Shown here one piece after another: positions 1 to 8,864 of a DNA stretch of 64,000 bases. The position numbers and the translations under genes are program-made. The stretch comes from a virus (Duplodnaviria > Caudoviricetes). The notes beneath the pieces were generated by a model. It searched no databases and was not told the origin of the DNA. It saw nothing but the letters and a program-made list of their open reading frames with translations. Every line of letters starts with the position of its first letter. Within the stretch, counting starts at the first letter, position 1. The stretch lies in IMG/VR virus record IMGVR_UViG_3300025418_000839, positions 1 to 64,000 of that record; one strand, given 5' to 3'.

Positions 1-117
1 ACCTTCTGCTTCCTCAACTGCTAGAGTACTACGCTTAATAACAGCGTCCAAGTTCAACTTAGTGTCCTTGGCGTACTCAGGCAGACCTTCTTTAAGTTGA
101 TCTACCCAGGCAGTCAT
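1..117 (-). CDS. ahpD: AhpD alkyl hydroperoxide reductase / carboxymuconolactone decarboxylase family, 5' part only (runs off window)
   Basis: Manual translation MTAWVDQLKEGLPEYAKDTKLNLDAVIKRS matches the AhpD N-terminus (LPxYAKDxKLNL). Its ATG overlaps the ahpC stop (TAATG). Confidence 0.8.
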   Translation of the reverse strand, partial: MTAWVDQLKEGLPEYAKDTKLNLDAVIKRSTLAVEEAEG

Positions 118-656
118 TATAAAGTCTCTCCGCCAACTGTACGGTTGCAAGCACATAGTTCGCCAGTTTGAAGTGCGTCAAGAATACGCAAAGTTTCTTC
201 AGGGCTACGACCTACGTCCAAGTTGTTTACAGTAACGTGTTGGATTGTGTTGTCTGGATCAACAATGAATGTAGCGCGAAGTGCCGCACCAGCTGGAGCA
301 TAGAATACGCCCAACTGCTCTGCCAAGCTCAACTCACCACGCTGTGTATCAGCAAATTGGTTGTGCTTGATGTTGATCAAGTCTGGATGGCTCTTCTGCC
401 ATGCGATCTTACAGAACTCATTGTCTGTTGAACCTGTTAGCAATACTGCGTCACGGTCTTCAAAGTCTTGATTCAATTTGTCGTATGCTACGATTTCTGT
501 AGGACATACAAATGTAAAGTCCTTAGGGTAGAATACGATTACTTTCCATTTACCTTCAAAAGAAGTTTCATCAATGTTGAAGAAAGCATCTTCTGGTTGG
601 CCTGGCTTAACGCCTGTTACTACAAAGTGTTCTAATTTATCACCGATTGTTTTCAT
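117..656 (-). CDS. ahpC: Peroxiredoxin AhpC (2-Cys)
   Basis: FYPKDFTFVCPTE peroxidatic motif, ALRATFIVDP, GRSPEETLR and C-terminal GELCAC. Confidence 0.95.
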   Translation of the reverse strand: MKTIGDKLEHFVVTGVKPGQPEDAFFNIDETSFEGKWKVIVFYPKDFTFVCPTEIVAYDKLNQDFEDRDAVLLTGSTDNEFCKIAWQKSHPDLINIKHNQFADTQRGELSLAEQLGVFYAPAGAALRATFIVDPDNTIQHVTVNNLDVGRSPEETLRILDALQTGELCACNRTVGGETL

Positions 657-683
657 TTTGATTTCCTTTAAGTTAATATGAAA

Positions 684-1334
684 TTACTTTTGTGAATTGC
701 AGTTATAGCAAATCACTTCTAAATTGTCTTCTACGTTATTGTAGATGTCGTTGTCCCATTGTGTTACAGTTAACGGTGCTGGACGACCTTGCCATTCTGT
801 AATACCGCAGGTTTCACATTTATGACCACGCTTTTGGATAATATAATCTTGGATATAGTCCGGAACAGTTTTCCAGTTATATACACTACAATCGCTCATC
901 CATTCTTCAATTCTTTTTTCACTAAGTAATTTTTTTCTATGATTTTGCTGGCACTGATTGTTACAATATTTGCTTTGATACGATCCGCCTCTTACAGGAT
1001 TTTCTCTGTTACAGAATAAACAGTTGAATATAATTTGTCTAGAATTTAACATGTCAATTGCGTTATGAGATAATCCTTCTCCGCCTGGAGTTTTATTGTG
1101 TAATATTCCTGTATTGTTATTTTTTCTTCCATACTCGGCTATTAATTGTTTTTCTAAATTAAACGCTTCGTCTTCGCTTAAGTTATCTTTATAGAATACA
1201 ATTCTATTTTTGTCCTCCGGTGGATGAACACTTCTTCCATAACATCTTGTAGCTCGACCGTTGCGACCTTTGCCGATATAGTACGGAGTACCATCTTCTC
1301 TTAAATACCCGTAAACGTAAAAATCATTAATCAT
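684..1334 (-). CDS. Free-standing GIY-YIG homing-endonuclease-like protein fused to a Zn-binding, degenerate HNH-like domain
   Basis: N-terminal YVYGYLREDGTPYYIGKG...LEKQLI...GILHNKTPGGEG. C-terminal CxxC pairs and CETCG...NNVEDNLEVICYNC. Confidence 0.75.
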   Translation of the reverse strand: MINDFYVYGYLREDGTPYYIGKGRNGRATRCYGRSVHPPEDKNRIVFYKDNLSEDEAFNLEKQLIAEYGRKNNNTGILHNKTPGGEGLSHNAIDMLNSRQIIFNCLFCNRENPVRGGSYQSKYCNNQCQQNHRKKLLSEKRIEEWMSDCSVYNWKTVPDYIQDYIIQKRGHKCETCGITEWQGRPAPLTVTQWDNDIYNNVEDNLEVICYNCNSQK

Positions 1335-1427
1335 TTTGATTAGCCATTTAATATTTTAAAACCAACTCTTATTTTTTGTGATGCTTTTAAAGCACTCTTA
1401 TTTTTACTTATTGCTTTATAGCAACCA

Positions 1428-1456
1428 ATTATATACGTAGATAATGGTTTTGTCAA
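1428..1456 (-). promoter_or_regulatory. sigma70-type promoter
   Basis: TTGACA-N17-TATAAT on the minus strand, upstream of the GIY-YIG, ahpC and ahpD genes. Confidence 0.8.
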
Positions 1457-1474
1457 AGATTTTGGTAAAACTGA

Positions 1475-2308
1475 TTAAAGTTCTATGTTGAACTCATCGG
1501 CACGGAATTGATCAGCACGTTCTTCGTAGAGATAGTAGCCCCGTGGGTTACATATCACACGAGTGTTGCCAATCATATAGTCAAACATAGTATGAGTATG
1601 TCCGTGAGTCCATAATATGATCTGTGAGTGATCTAATATAAAATTGCTTAGGTCACTGGCATAAGCGCCATTGGTCAATCGGTCACTCTGATACTGAGGA
1701 GCGATACTAGCCATGCTCGGTGCATGATGAGTTACTACTACATATTTTTTAGTAGGATCGTTTTCTACTACAGATCTAATATAAGACAATGAACGATAGT
1801 GTGTTTCCACAGTTTTCTCTGGAGTAAGTCTGTGATAGACATTCTTAACTTCATTAAACATAGTGATCTGACGATAGTCGTTCATCATTGAACGCATCTG
1901 GTACATAGTAAGATCATCCATCTTGTTCATGTCAGTCCATAAGGTAGCACCAACAAACACTACGTCATCGATAGTGTGTGTTTGATCCTCGAGCAGGGTA
2001 ACATTCTCAGGCAAGTTAGCGGCAATATGTGCATAGGTTTTTTGAAATTGAAAACCATAGTGTTCGTGATTGCCCATGACCATAACAACTTCGCGATATT
2101 TTTTACACTCTTCATTAAAGAAACGTGCATAACGATCGGGACGTTTGAGTGGATCTTCTTTGGGTAGCAGGACCATGTCTGGGTTATACATGTCTTGTTT
2201 TAGATGACGTGCTTCGCAGATATCGCCAGACAGAATTAGTACGTCACCGCCGGGTAAGGTAAGGTCAGCAAAATCGAGGTGGAGGTCAGAAATGACATTA
2301 ATTTTCAT
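1475..2308 (-). CDS. Calcineurin-like metallophosphoesterase
   Basis: SDLH, GD, GNHE, THH and HGHTH motifs. Confidence 0.9.
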   Translation of the reverse strand: MKINVISDLHLDFADLTLPGGDVLILSGDICEARHLKQDMYNPDMVLLPKEDPLKRPDRYARFFNEECKKYREVVMVMGNHEHYGFQFQKTYAHIAANLPENVTLLEDQTHTIDDVVFVGATLWTDMNKMDDLTMYQMRSMMNDYRQITMFNEVKNVYHRLTPEKTVETHYRSLSYIRSVVENDPTKKYVVVTHHAPSMASIAPQYQSDRLTNGAYASDLSNFILDHSQIILWTHGHTHTMFDYMIGNTRVICNPRGYYLYEERADQFRADEFNIEL

Positions 2309-2332
2309 ATAGTAATTATACTACAGAATAAA

Positions 2333-2701
2333 TTACCAGTCAATGAATCTTTTTTGGCTGACTAGCCAACCGATGCTATTTATGTCCGATTCAATTTCTT
2401 CGGTCACATAGCTTTCTTCTACAAATCCAGTGAAATCAGTACCAGAGAATCCAGTACCCGAACAATACCAATCTATATAACTGTCATCTTCTCGAATTTC
2501 GGCAATCAAAGTAGCCGCATAACTCCAGGAACAGTCCCAATGAATATTTGATAAAATACCCCAAACATCCTTGGGTTGGTATTGATTGTTGCATAATGCC
2601 GCATAGAAATTTTGAGCATAGATTTCTTGCTTGCGGATTTTGGTTATGATCCAATCCGTACTTCTAACATCACGTTCTAAGTTATAAACCTTGCGTGGCA
2701 T
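2333..2701 (-). CDS. Hypothetical phage protein, paralog of 5006..5383
   Basis: Shares YAQNxYxALCN...CSW...YxxWYCSG with 5006..5383. ATG at 2701 chosen as the start. Confidence 0.7.
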   Translation of the reverse strand: MPRKVYNLERDVRSTDWIITKIRKQEIYAQNFYAALCNNQYQPKDVWGILSNIHWDCSWSYAATLIAEIREDDSYIDWYCSGTGFSGTDFTGFVEESYVTEEIESDINSIGWLVSQKRFIDW

Positions 2702-2724
2702 TAATATATTTAATGCCCCCAAAG

Positions 2725-2751
2725 AAAAAGCACCGCGAACGGTGCTTTTTT
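2725..2751. terminator. Rho-independent terminator (bidirectional)
   Basis: AAAAAGCACCG-CGAA-CGGTGCTTTTTT. Confidence 0.85.
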
Positions 2752-2772
2752 GACAGTTTTGTTACAGTAGTA

Positions 2773-3078
2773 TTACTCTACAGAAACTAAACCTTTAGCG
2801 ATTGCAGCATAAGCAATCTGAACCATACGACGGCTAGCTTCACCATATGTATACTCAGTTACTTTAACACCGTTGCCAGCAAGGCGTTGGTTGCCGTAGA
2901 TAGCAAAACCAGCATGACGAATTTCGCTGATAGTAGCAGTTGGGTTCTTGATACCAAAACGCTTGGCGATTTGAGCAGCGCTCAATGTTTCACGTTCACG
3001 TACTAATGCGTTGAACAATTTACCCTGTTTAGTTTTTGGATCAAACTTCTTGAATTTTACTGAAATAGTTTTAGACAT
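2773..3078 (-). CDS. Small basic HTH DNA-binding protein
   Basis: LSAAQIAKRFGIKNPTATISEIR is an HTH-like segment. Strong AAGGAG SD. Confidence 0.6.
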   Translation of the reverse strand: MSKTISVKFKKFDPKTKQGKLFNALVRERETLSAAQIAKRFGIKNPTATISEIRHAGFAIYGNQRLAGNGVKVTEYTYGEASRRMVQIAYAAIAKGLVSVE

Positions 3079-3176
3079 TATGTCTCCTTTTTAAATTTAA
3101 AAGCTGTTTACTAACAGCGTGATGTTATTATGCACTAACATTCGGACATGTGCAAGTATTATTTTAGCCAAAAACT

Positions 3177-3185
3177 TATAAATAA
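3177..3185 (+). promoter_or_regulatory. T4-like late promoter TATAAATA
   Basis: TTATAAATA lies about 30 nt upstream of the three small plus-strand ORFs. TAAATA recurs before many structural-type genes in the window. Confidence 0.6.
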
Positions 3186-3214
3186 GTATATCATTTATCC
3201 AAAAGGAAAATAGT

Positions 3215-3439
3215 ATGGCAAATAACATTTACAAACAAGGTGTACCAGCAGCTACTGGAGTACCTACAGCAGGTAGTTTAGGAACTCAAGGTGTAGCCGC
3301 TACTGCCGCTAGTTACCAAAATATCTATGGCCCAAACGGTGTACCAGCTACAACCGGTAAAGCAACATATTTAGGTGCAAACGGTGCTAATGGTACAACT
3401 GTAACTAAAGCCCCAGCTAAAAACACTCCACAGAGCTAA
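3215..3439 (+). CDS. Small Ala/Thr/Gly/Pro-rich protein with IYxxGVP motifs
   Basis: AAGGA SD and phage-like codon usage. Motif shared with the next two ORFs. Confidence 0.65.
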   Translation: MANNIYKQGVPAATGVPTAGSLGTQGVAATAASYQNIYGPNGVPATTGKATYLGANGANGTTVTKAPAKNTPQS

Positions 3440-3442
3440 TGT

Positions 3443-3676
3443 ATGGCTACTAATACAACAGTTACAAACACTATCTATAAAGCAGGTAGTGCAAAAGAAG
3501 TGGTTGTTCCCGCGGCAAAGGTTGTTGTTACAGCACCGGCAGTAGTTCCAGCTAGTACTGTTAGAGCCCTTCCCGGTTCTACAACTACTACACCAGCTCA
3601 GGTTGCAGTTACCGCAAACAAAGGTACTATCTATAAGATGGGTGTACCACCTGTTGCAGGTAAAGCAAAGTACTAG
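3443..3676 (+). CDS. Small Ala/Thr/Val/Pro-rich protein (TIYKAG, TIYKMGVPPVAGKAKY)
   Basis: 3-nt gap after the previous ORF and shared motifs. Confidence 0.65.
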   Translation: MATNTTVTNTIYKAGSAKEVVVPAAKVVVTAPAVVPASTVRALPGSTTTTPAQVAVTANKGTIYKMGVPPVAGKAKY

Positions 3677-3679
3677 TAT

Positions 3680-4009
3680 ATGACATACCCTGGGCAAGGC
3701 ACTCCCAGTCCTGCAATTGGTGTACCGAACCTAGTTCCTACACCAGTTGGCCCAGCGGTAGGTGTTGCTAATCGTACTCCACAGTATACACCACCACCCG
3801 TAGTTGCTCAAACTCATTCATCTGGACTACAGGCTTCTGTTCCAGCAGTGGGACAAGCAAAGCATAATCCAAATCCCTACAACAACGCAGATCCAGCGAT
3901 AGGTATTCCTAAGCATACACCAATACAAACTCCATTGGGTGTCAATCCGCATTTTGAAACACCTACACAGGATTGGTCTTGGGACTATGGCAACGGTGGT
4001 GGTTATTAA
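3680..4009 (+). CDS. Small Pro-rich protein with PAIG/PAVG repeats
   Basis: 3-nt gap after the previous ORF. Repeats PAIGVP, PAVGVA, PAVGQAKH, PAIGIPKH. Confidence 0.6.
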   Translation: MTYPGQGTPSPAIGVPNLVPTPVGPAVGVANRTPQYTPPPVVAQTHSSGLQASVPAVGQAKHNPNPYNNADPAIGIPKHTPIQTPLGVNPHFETPTQDWSWDYGNGGGY

Positions 4010-4596
4010 ACTCCACGACCCAGTATAGTTCCATACACCGGTTGTTCTTCAGTATACAGTACTTTAAATCCTCGATCCAACAGATATGGCACAACTGCTC
4101 CACTCTTACCCGAGTAGTGTCCCCACCATTTGTTGAACCAGGTATCATCACAAACTACCAAACAGCGTTCAGCCATGTGTGGTAGGGCTAGAATCATCTG
4201 CGACAAATGAGCACGTTGGCTATTAACATTATTCATTTCTAATCCTAATGTTGCATAACGACTCTGTTGCTCTAAGATGAAATCTGGAGTTTTATCTGGA
4301 TGCCAATCCCAATCGAAATTATCTAAATATAAAAAATCAATCGGTCGCATACTGTAGATACGTTGTCGTAGATAGTTTTCGCCAGTTGAGTTAATAATTT
4401 CAACATTGGGAAGGTCGAAACCTCGAACAAAATCGCAGTTAAGGGGATCTACATCAACGGTGATTAAATGATCACACCAACCGGAAAGGATTTTGGTACT
4501 GCCGTCATCACCATTTCGGCTAGTACCAATTTCAACAAATTCACCGCGATTGATTTGATCTAGATACTGCTCAGCTTCTAGAAATACACGACCCAT
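4006..4596 (-). CDS. Class I SAM-dependent methyltransferase-like protein
   Basis: FVEIGT, VDVD, IDFLYLD and VCDDT resemble Methyltransf_24-type enzymes. Confidence 0.55.
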   Translation of the reverse strand: MGRVFLEAEQYLDQINRGEFVEIGTSRNGDDGSTKILSGWCDHLITVDVDPLNCDFVRGFDLPNVEIINSTGENYLRQRIYSMRPIDFLYLDNFDWDWHPDKTPDFILEQQSRYATLGLEMNNVNSQRAHLSQMILALPHMAERCLVVCDDTWFNKWWGHYSGKSGAVVPYLLDRGFKVLYTEEQPVYGTILGRGV

Positions 4597-4763
4597 TACT
4601 CTTTGTCACCACCGCGATTACGGCTGGTCTTCATACGACTATTGACCGCTTCAGCCAAGGCAAAACCACGAATATATTCGCGACGTTGTTTTTTATCGGT
4701 CATTGTTGCAGCTACTCGTTTGACTGATTTTGATACTTTTACTGCACGTGGATCGTATGCCAT
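4596..4763 (-). CDS. Small basic hypothetical protein
   Basis: AAGGAA SD before MAYDPRAVKVSK. The stop overlaps the next ATG. Confidence 0.6.
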   Translation of the reverse strand: MAYDPRAVKVSKSVKRVAATMTDKKQRREYIRGFALAEAVNSRMKTSRNRGGDKE

Positions 4764-4764
4764 T

Positions 4765-5001
4765 TTATTTTCCTTTAAGTTGGTCCAACACCAATTGTTT
4801 ACTGCGTTCAATATCTTCTTCGGCTTCGGCTTTGACTAACCTAGGCCCTAGAATGTTAATTATATCAAGTATAGCACGATTTCCTTCTTCGGTCAAATGA
4901 CAATATTCATGTCCAATCGTTGAGTGATAAAAGTACTGTCTATCCTTAATAATTTCTTTAATACTACCAACAATCATTTTTTCAACATCGCGTCTTAACA
5001 T
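4765..5001 (-). CDS. Hypothetical protein
   Basis: Fills the operon gap. Likely start is MLRRD. Confidence 0.55.
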   Translation of the reverse strand: MLRRDVEKMIVGSIKEIIKDRQYFYHSTIGHEYCHLTEEGNRAILDIINILGPRLVKAEAEEDIERSKQLVLDQLKGK

Positions 5002-5005
5002 TCGA

Positions 5006-5383
5006 TTAATCCTTTTCTTTAGGCCATGGACTTGGATGCCAACCCAGAGTCGCAAAATCTTCACGTATTTCATCTGTAACGGTCCCTTCCGGAACATATC
5101 CTTTATTTCTATCAGCGTCACCATTTCCTAATCCATCTCCTATACCACTACAATACCACGACATATAATCGCCACCTTCCGCTTCAAAGTTGGCTACAAT
5201 ACCCCCGGCACTACGCCAACTACACGACCACCACTCATCTTTGAGTATGGGCATAACATCAAGTGGTTGCCAACGCATATTGCATAATGCTGAATAGACA
5301 TTCTGTGCGTAGGTTTTACTTGCCCTTACCTTTTCCAAAAACCAAGGACAGTTAGAAAGCTCGTCTGCAAGATCACGATCCAT
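5006..5383 (-). CDS. Hypothetical phage protein, paralog of 2333..2701
   Basis: Shared motifs with 2333..2701; abuts the ligase gene. Confidence 0.7.
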   Translation of the reverse strand: MDRDLADELSNCPWFLEKVRASKTYAQNVYSALCNMRWQPLDVMPILKDEWWSCSWRSAGGIVANFEAEGGDYMSWYCSGIGDGLGNGDADRNKGYVPEGTVTDEIREDFATLGWHPSPWPKEKD

Positions 5384-6694
5384 TTAAATCTTTTCGCCTG
5401 GCTCAAATCCACGGAATCCTTTGAAACGTGGGAATCTTAAACTGTACGATCCGTCTTGGTTTTGCGTAACTGCGTCTGCACGTACTTCCACAATATTACC
5501 GATAAGGTTATCCCTACTGGCCCAATAAGTAATGCGATTATCATCTGTAAGTCCTGATCCGACATTAGTACGAATGAGTTTACCATCATCTGTTCCTTCT
5601 ACAATTAATGCACCGAGACGTCCTAGATTTTTACCAGTACCTTCTTCGGTGCCTACTACGGTTAGTGATACTTCAATATATGGCTTTTGCTTTAACCAAG
5701 CAGTGGTACGCTTACACTCGTATGGTGCTTCAGGATCTTTGATCATGATACCTTCGTAGCCGCCTGTGATAGCGTCTGCATTGATACGACCAAAACGACG
5801 GCGTCCGCCCTGCGAATCTAAATCAACAAGCTCTTGTCCCAATACTGTGACATTGGGCATATGATCAGCTATGGGATCAAACCAAATTTTAAGTGCATTA
5901 CTGCGTTCACGTTGTGGAATTGGACTGTACCCTGCTTGAAAATCTTTTAGTGTAAGAATATCGAATAAATTAAGAACTGCATCTTTGGCCGCTACATCAC
6001 TCTTACGATGTACTTGTTTCATTAAGTCTTGAAAACTACTTGACATTACTTCGCCATCAAATACCATTGGCTCACGTAGGAGTTTGGCATGTTTGACAAA
6101 CTGCTGTTTGATGTGCTCGAAGTTTACTAGTTCCTTGCCATTACGACTATACTGATCAACATGCCCACTTGGATAGACGATAGTAATAACACGTACTCCA
6201 TCCAGTTTAACTTCAATAAGTTTCCGTCCGGAGACTTTGCTTTCATGATTAGCACCATCGTGAGCAAGTTGGCAACTAAAAACAGGTATAACATAAGTTC
6301 CATTAATTTTCTCCACTTGTTTATTGATAGTTTTTTCGCTGACACCACAGCGTAGATCTTTAATAAGAATACGACGATACCATTGATTCCATTCTTGTTC
6401 TCGGGCATTCATACGCATATGGTTCACTGCGGTAAGTGCGGCATTACCAGTTAATTGACGACCGGATAATTGTTCGGCAGTCCTCCAAAACGTATCAGGA
6501 TTTAAACCTTTCCCATCGCCCGACTTTTCTTCAACCTGTCGAATGCCATAGGTAATCATTGGATCCAGTGCAGCACGACATCCACGAAAGAATTCAGCAT
6601 TGCCAGCATCAGCTTCGCGTTTAACTACTGATTCTTTAAACAAGCGACTGTTATCGCTTTCAAGTTCAGCTATGACTTCCCAAGGTTTCAACAT
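5384..6694 (-). CDS. lig: ATP-dependent DNA ligase
   Basis: Motif I EVKLDGVR, FDGEV, YEGIMIK, WLKQK and SLRFPRF. Confidence 0.95.
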   Translation of the reverse strand: MLKPWEVIAELESDNSRLFKESVVKREADAGNAEFFRGCRAALDPMITYGIRQVEEKSGDGKGLNPDTFWRTAEQLSGRQLTGNAALTAVNHMRMNAREQEWNQWYRRILIKDLRCGVSEKTINKQVEKINGTYVIPVFSCQLAHDGANHESKVSGRKLIEVKLDGVRVITIVYPSGHVDQYSRNGKELVNFEHIKQQFVKHAKLLREPMVFDGEVMSSSFQDLMKQVHRKSDVAAKDAVLNLFDILTLKDFQAGYSPIPQRERSNALKIWFDPIADHMPNVTVLGQELVDLDSQGGRRRFGRINADAITGGYEGIMIKDPEAPYECKRTTAWLKQKPYIEVSLTVVGTEEGTGKNLGRLGALIVEGTDDGKLIRTNVGSGLTDDNRITYWASRDNLIGNIVEVRADAVTQNQDGSYSLRFPRFKGFRGFEPGEKI

Positions 6695-6717
6695 TCTGCT
6701 CCTATCTAATATTATAC

Positions 6718-6746
6718 ATTATAGCATTAACACAGTTTTGGGTCAA
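6718..6746 (-). promoter_or_regulatory. sigma70-type promoter for the ligase
   Basis: TTGACC-N17-TATAAT. Confidence 0.75.
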
Positions 6747-7371
6747 CCTTATGGGGTTCTAGTCCTTGGTCTTCGACCCCTTCTTTATACCAGCTTGTTA
6801 ATTCTTCTTCGTTTTCACGTTCATATTCAGCCATAGTTTCTGAAATACCATATGCGTCATCTAATTCCTGTGGCAACTGCTGTTGAACATCTCCAGAATC
6901 CAAGCCCGACAAATCATAGTAATCGTCATAGCCATCTTCAAAGATACCAGCAAAAGCACAGCCAGGTTCATAGTAGGTAGCATAGACAGTAAAGCCTAGA
7001 TCAATGAGCTTTTCATAGGCCGCAATGGGTGGCGACCAAGCAGAGTCAAAGTAAACAACTAAATCATGATCGGACCACGTGTTGATACCTTGACCGTTGC
7101 CTATGTCCCACTTTGTACCCCATTCATTAATGCACCAGTCATACCAAGATTCATATCCGTGCTTTTCTTTGTTAGCCTGTTTGAGTGCATCAACTGCTTG
7201 CTGTTTATCAGGATCACTGTAATGAGTAGTGGCTTCTTCGTTGAGCAAGTCTGGGGGCACCGGAATAAACTCTTGTAGGAAATTACCGTCGGCAAAGGCG
7301 TCTTTAGCACGAGCAATCATAGTAGGATCTTCGTGTGTTATAGTTAATGTATTACCACACCAGTTAGGCAT
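6727..7371 (-). CDS. DUF1281/YubB-like phage protein
   Basis: MPNWCxN start, WYDWCINEWGTKWD, FDSAWSPP and YYEPG. Confidence 0.75.
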   Translation of the reverse strand: MPNWCGNTLTITHEDPTMIARAKDAFADGNFLQEFIPVPPDLLNEEATTHYSDPDKQQAVDALKQANKEKHGYESWYDWCINEWGTKWDIGNGQGINTWSDHDLVVYFDSAWSPPIAAYEKLIDLGFTVYATYYEPGCAFAGIFEDGYDDYYDLSGLDSGDVQQQLPQELDDAYGISETMAEYERENEEELTSWYKEGVEDQGLEPHKVDPKLC

Positions 7372-7732
7372 AAGAGTTTCCTTTCAATTGATTCCACATA
7401 TACTTCTGTTCGCATTCTTTGTAATAAGCACCGCGAGCCTCTTTGTTTACACACCAGTCAGCCACAGCTTTATAACTACCTTGACATTCACGTGGCGCAC
7501 ACTCACGAATCCACATGGCCAAACCCCAGAAACTTTGTTTATTAGCAGAGTCCGCATTGTATAAAGCACGTTCAAAGTCATAGGCAAACATAGCCTCCAA
7601 GTGCCCGCCAGGCGGCAAGCCATCAAACAAGAAACGATTTAGTGCGTCGGTGGTTTGCTCAGAGAAACGCATACCCATGTATCGGAGATTGTCGTATACT
7701 TCTCTTTCAATGTTAAGTCTAATACGTTCCAT
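7364..7732 (-). CDS. Hypothetical phage protein
   Basis: Overlaps both neighbours in the operon. GLPPGGHLEA motif. Confidence 0.65.
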   Translation of the reverse strand: MERIRLNIEREVYDNLRYMGMRFSEQTTDALNRFLFDGLPPGGHLEAMFAYDFERALYNADSANKQSFWGLAMWIRECAPRECQGSYKAVADWCVNKEARGAYYKECEQKYMWNQLKGNSYA

Positions 7733-8163
7733 TATGCCGGTACCTTTGCTAGTTCTTCGTGTAAAGGTTTAAACTCACCTTTTCGATCTGCAACATACCA
7801 AACACCGTAATCATACAAATAAAAGTATTCGCTGGCGCAACCTGCATAATGATCTACAAACTCCTCTTCGCTACCAAACGATTTAAACGGAGCATCTTCG
7901 CCTCGGTCACGTTGATAAAAAGTACATTGAGTAGCTGCACCATCGGGCAAGTATTCTGCACGAGCACCAAAGTCGTGTTGCTCGCCAATTGTTGCACCAA
8001 TGCTACTAAGGTCGCCCATTGAGATTAGTTTATTAACCGCAATACTGTCTTGATAGTAGACGTTTAATACCGCACCAACGTGCTCAACATAGCCATCCCA
8101 ATGGCAATAGATTGCCTTGATACGATCACCGTGTTTGATACCAATTGCTGAACGTGTTGCCAT
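7732..8163 (-). CDS. Conserved phage early protein
   Basis: MATRSAIG...IYCHWDGY signature. Confidence 0.7.
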   Translation of the reverse strand: MATRSAIGIKHGDRIKAIYCHWDGYVEHVGAVLNVYYQDSIAVNKLISMGDLSSIGATIGEQHDFGARAEYLPDGAATQCTFYQRDRGEDAPFKSFGSEEEFVDHYAGCASEYFYLYDYGVWYVADRKGEFKPLHEELAKVPA

Positions 8164-8164
8164 A

Positions 8165-8506
8165 TTATTGCTCCTCTACTTGTTTAACATGCTTACAATC
8201 ACCGCGAAATGTAAAACCAGGACATGTACATTGTAACGTACCTTCTATTTTCTGGACAACATATTCATTGCCTTTAGATCCAGTAAATTTCCAAGTTTCT
8301 GACGTTACTTCGTCTAGATCAATTTCACCTAGCTCTTTTACTTCTACAAAGGTACGACCGCGAGCATCAAACCGATAAGGCTTCTTAAATGTTTCTGCAA
8401 CATCTGTACCACGACGGATGTAGCCATACATCTTACTTTTATCTGTTGACAACAAGTAGACGTGATTTGGCACAGCCCATTGAGTAGTTTCTTTAAAGAA
8501 CTTCAT
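8165..8506 (-). CDS. SWIM zinc-finger protein
   Basis: GSKGNEYVV...CTCPGFTFRGDCKH. Confidence 0.75.
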   Translation of the reverse strand: MKFFKETTQWAVPNHVYLLSTDKSKMYGYIRRGTDVAETFKKPYRFDARGRTFVEVKELGEIDLDEVTSETWKFTGSKGNEYVVQKIEGTLQCTCPGFTFRGDCKHVKQVEEQ

Positions 8507-8507
8507 C

Positions 8508-8738
8508 TTAGAAATGTGGGTCCATGTATTCATGTTTACCTGGCATCAAGTAGCAATACTTACAACCAGTTTGGGTGTAATATACAGTACCATCTTTAGC
8601 TACTTTACGGGTATATTGACGACCAGTTTCAGTAAAAATAAAACGCTTGGTCATACGCACAATTTTACCATCATAGTAACGATCACCGCCAATACCGTGG
8701 CTAACATCATCACCAATTTTGTATTCTACTTGTGTCAT
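8508..8738 (-). CDS. Hypothetical early protein
   Basis: AAGGAG SD, first gene after the repeated promoter, C-terminal EYMDPHF. Confidence 0.65.
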   Translation of the reverse strand: MTQVEYKIGDDVSHGIGGDRYYDGKIVRMTKRFIFTETGRQYTRKVAKDGTVYYTQTGCKYCYLMPGKHEYMDPHF

Positions 8739-8767
8739 ATCTGCTCCTTATTAGTTACTATACAAGT

Positions 8768-8796
8768 ATTATACTATTTTGGCAATTTGGACACAA
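8768..8796 (-). promoter_or_regulatory. Repeated early promoter, copy 1
   Basis: TTGTGT-CCAAATTGCCAAAATAG-TATAAT. The spacer is nearly identical at 17317, 17537 and 32550. Confidence 0.7.
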
Positions 8797-8842
8797 CCAA
8801 AATTTACCCCGTAAAAAACCCCCATTTAAGGGGGTTAAAATG

Positions 8843-8860
8843 TGTGGCTTTTTTACAACA
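8843..8860. promoter_or_regulatory. Imperfect palindrome TGTKG-N8-CAACA, copy 1 (candidate operator)
   Basis: TGTGGCTTTTTTACAACA; also at 17575 and 32625. Confidence 0.55.
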
Positions 8861-8864
8861 GAGA

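Noticed and set aside
3371-3697. Cys-rich 108-aa minus-strand ORF (also 45277..45513 and 50232..50582) as RiPP precursors
   Set aside because: These are antisense shadows of Ala/Thr-rich genes (ACA/GCA read as TGT/TGC) and have no SD.
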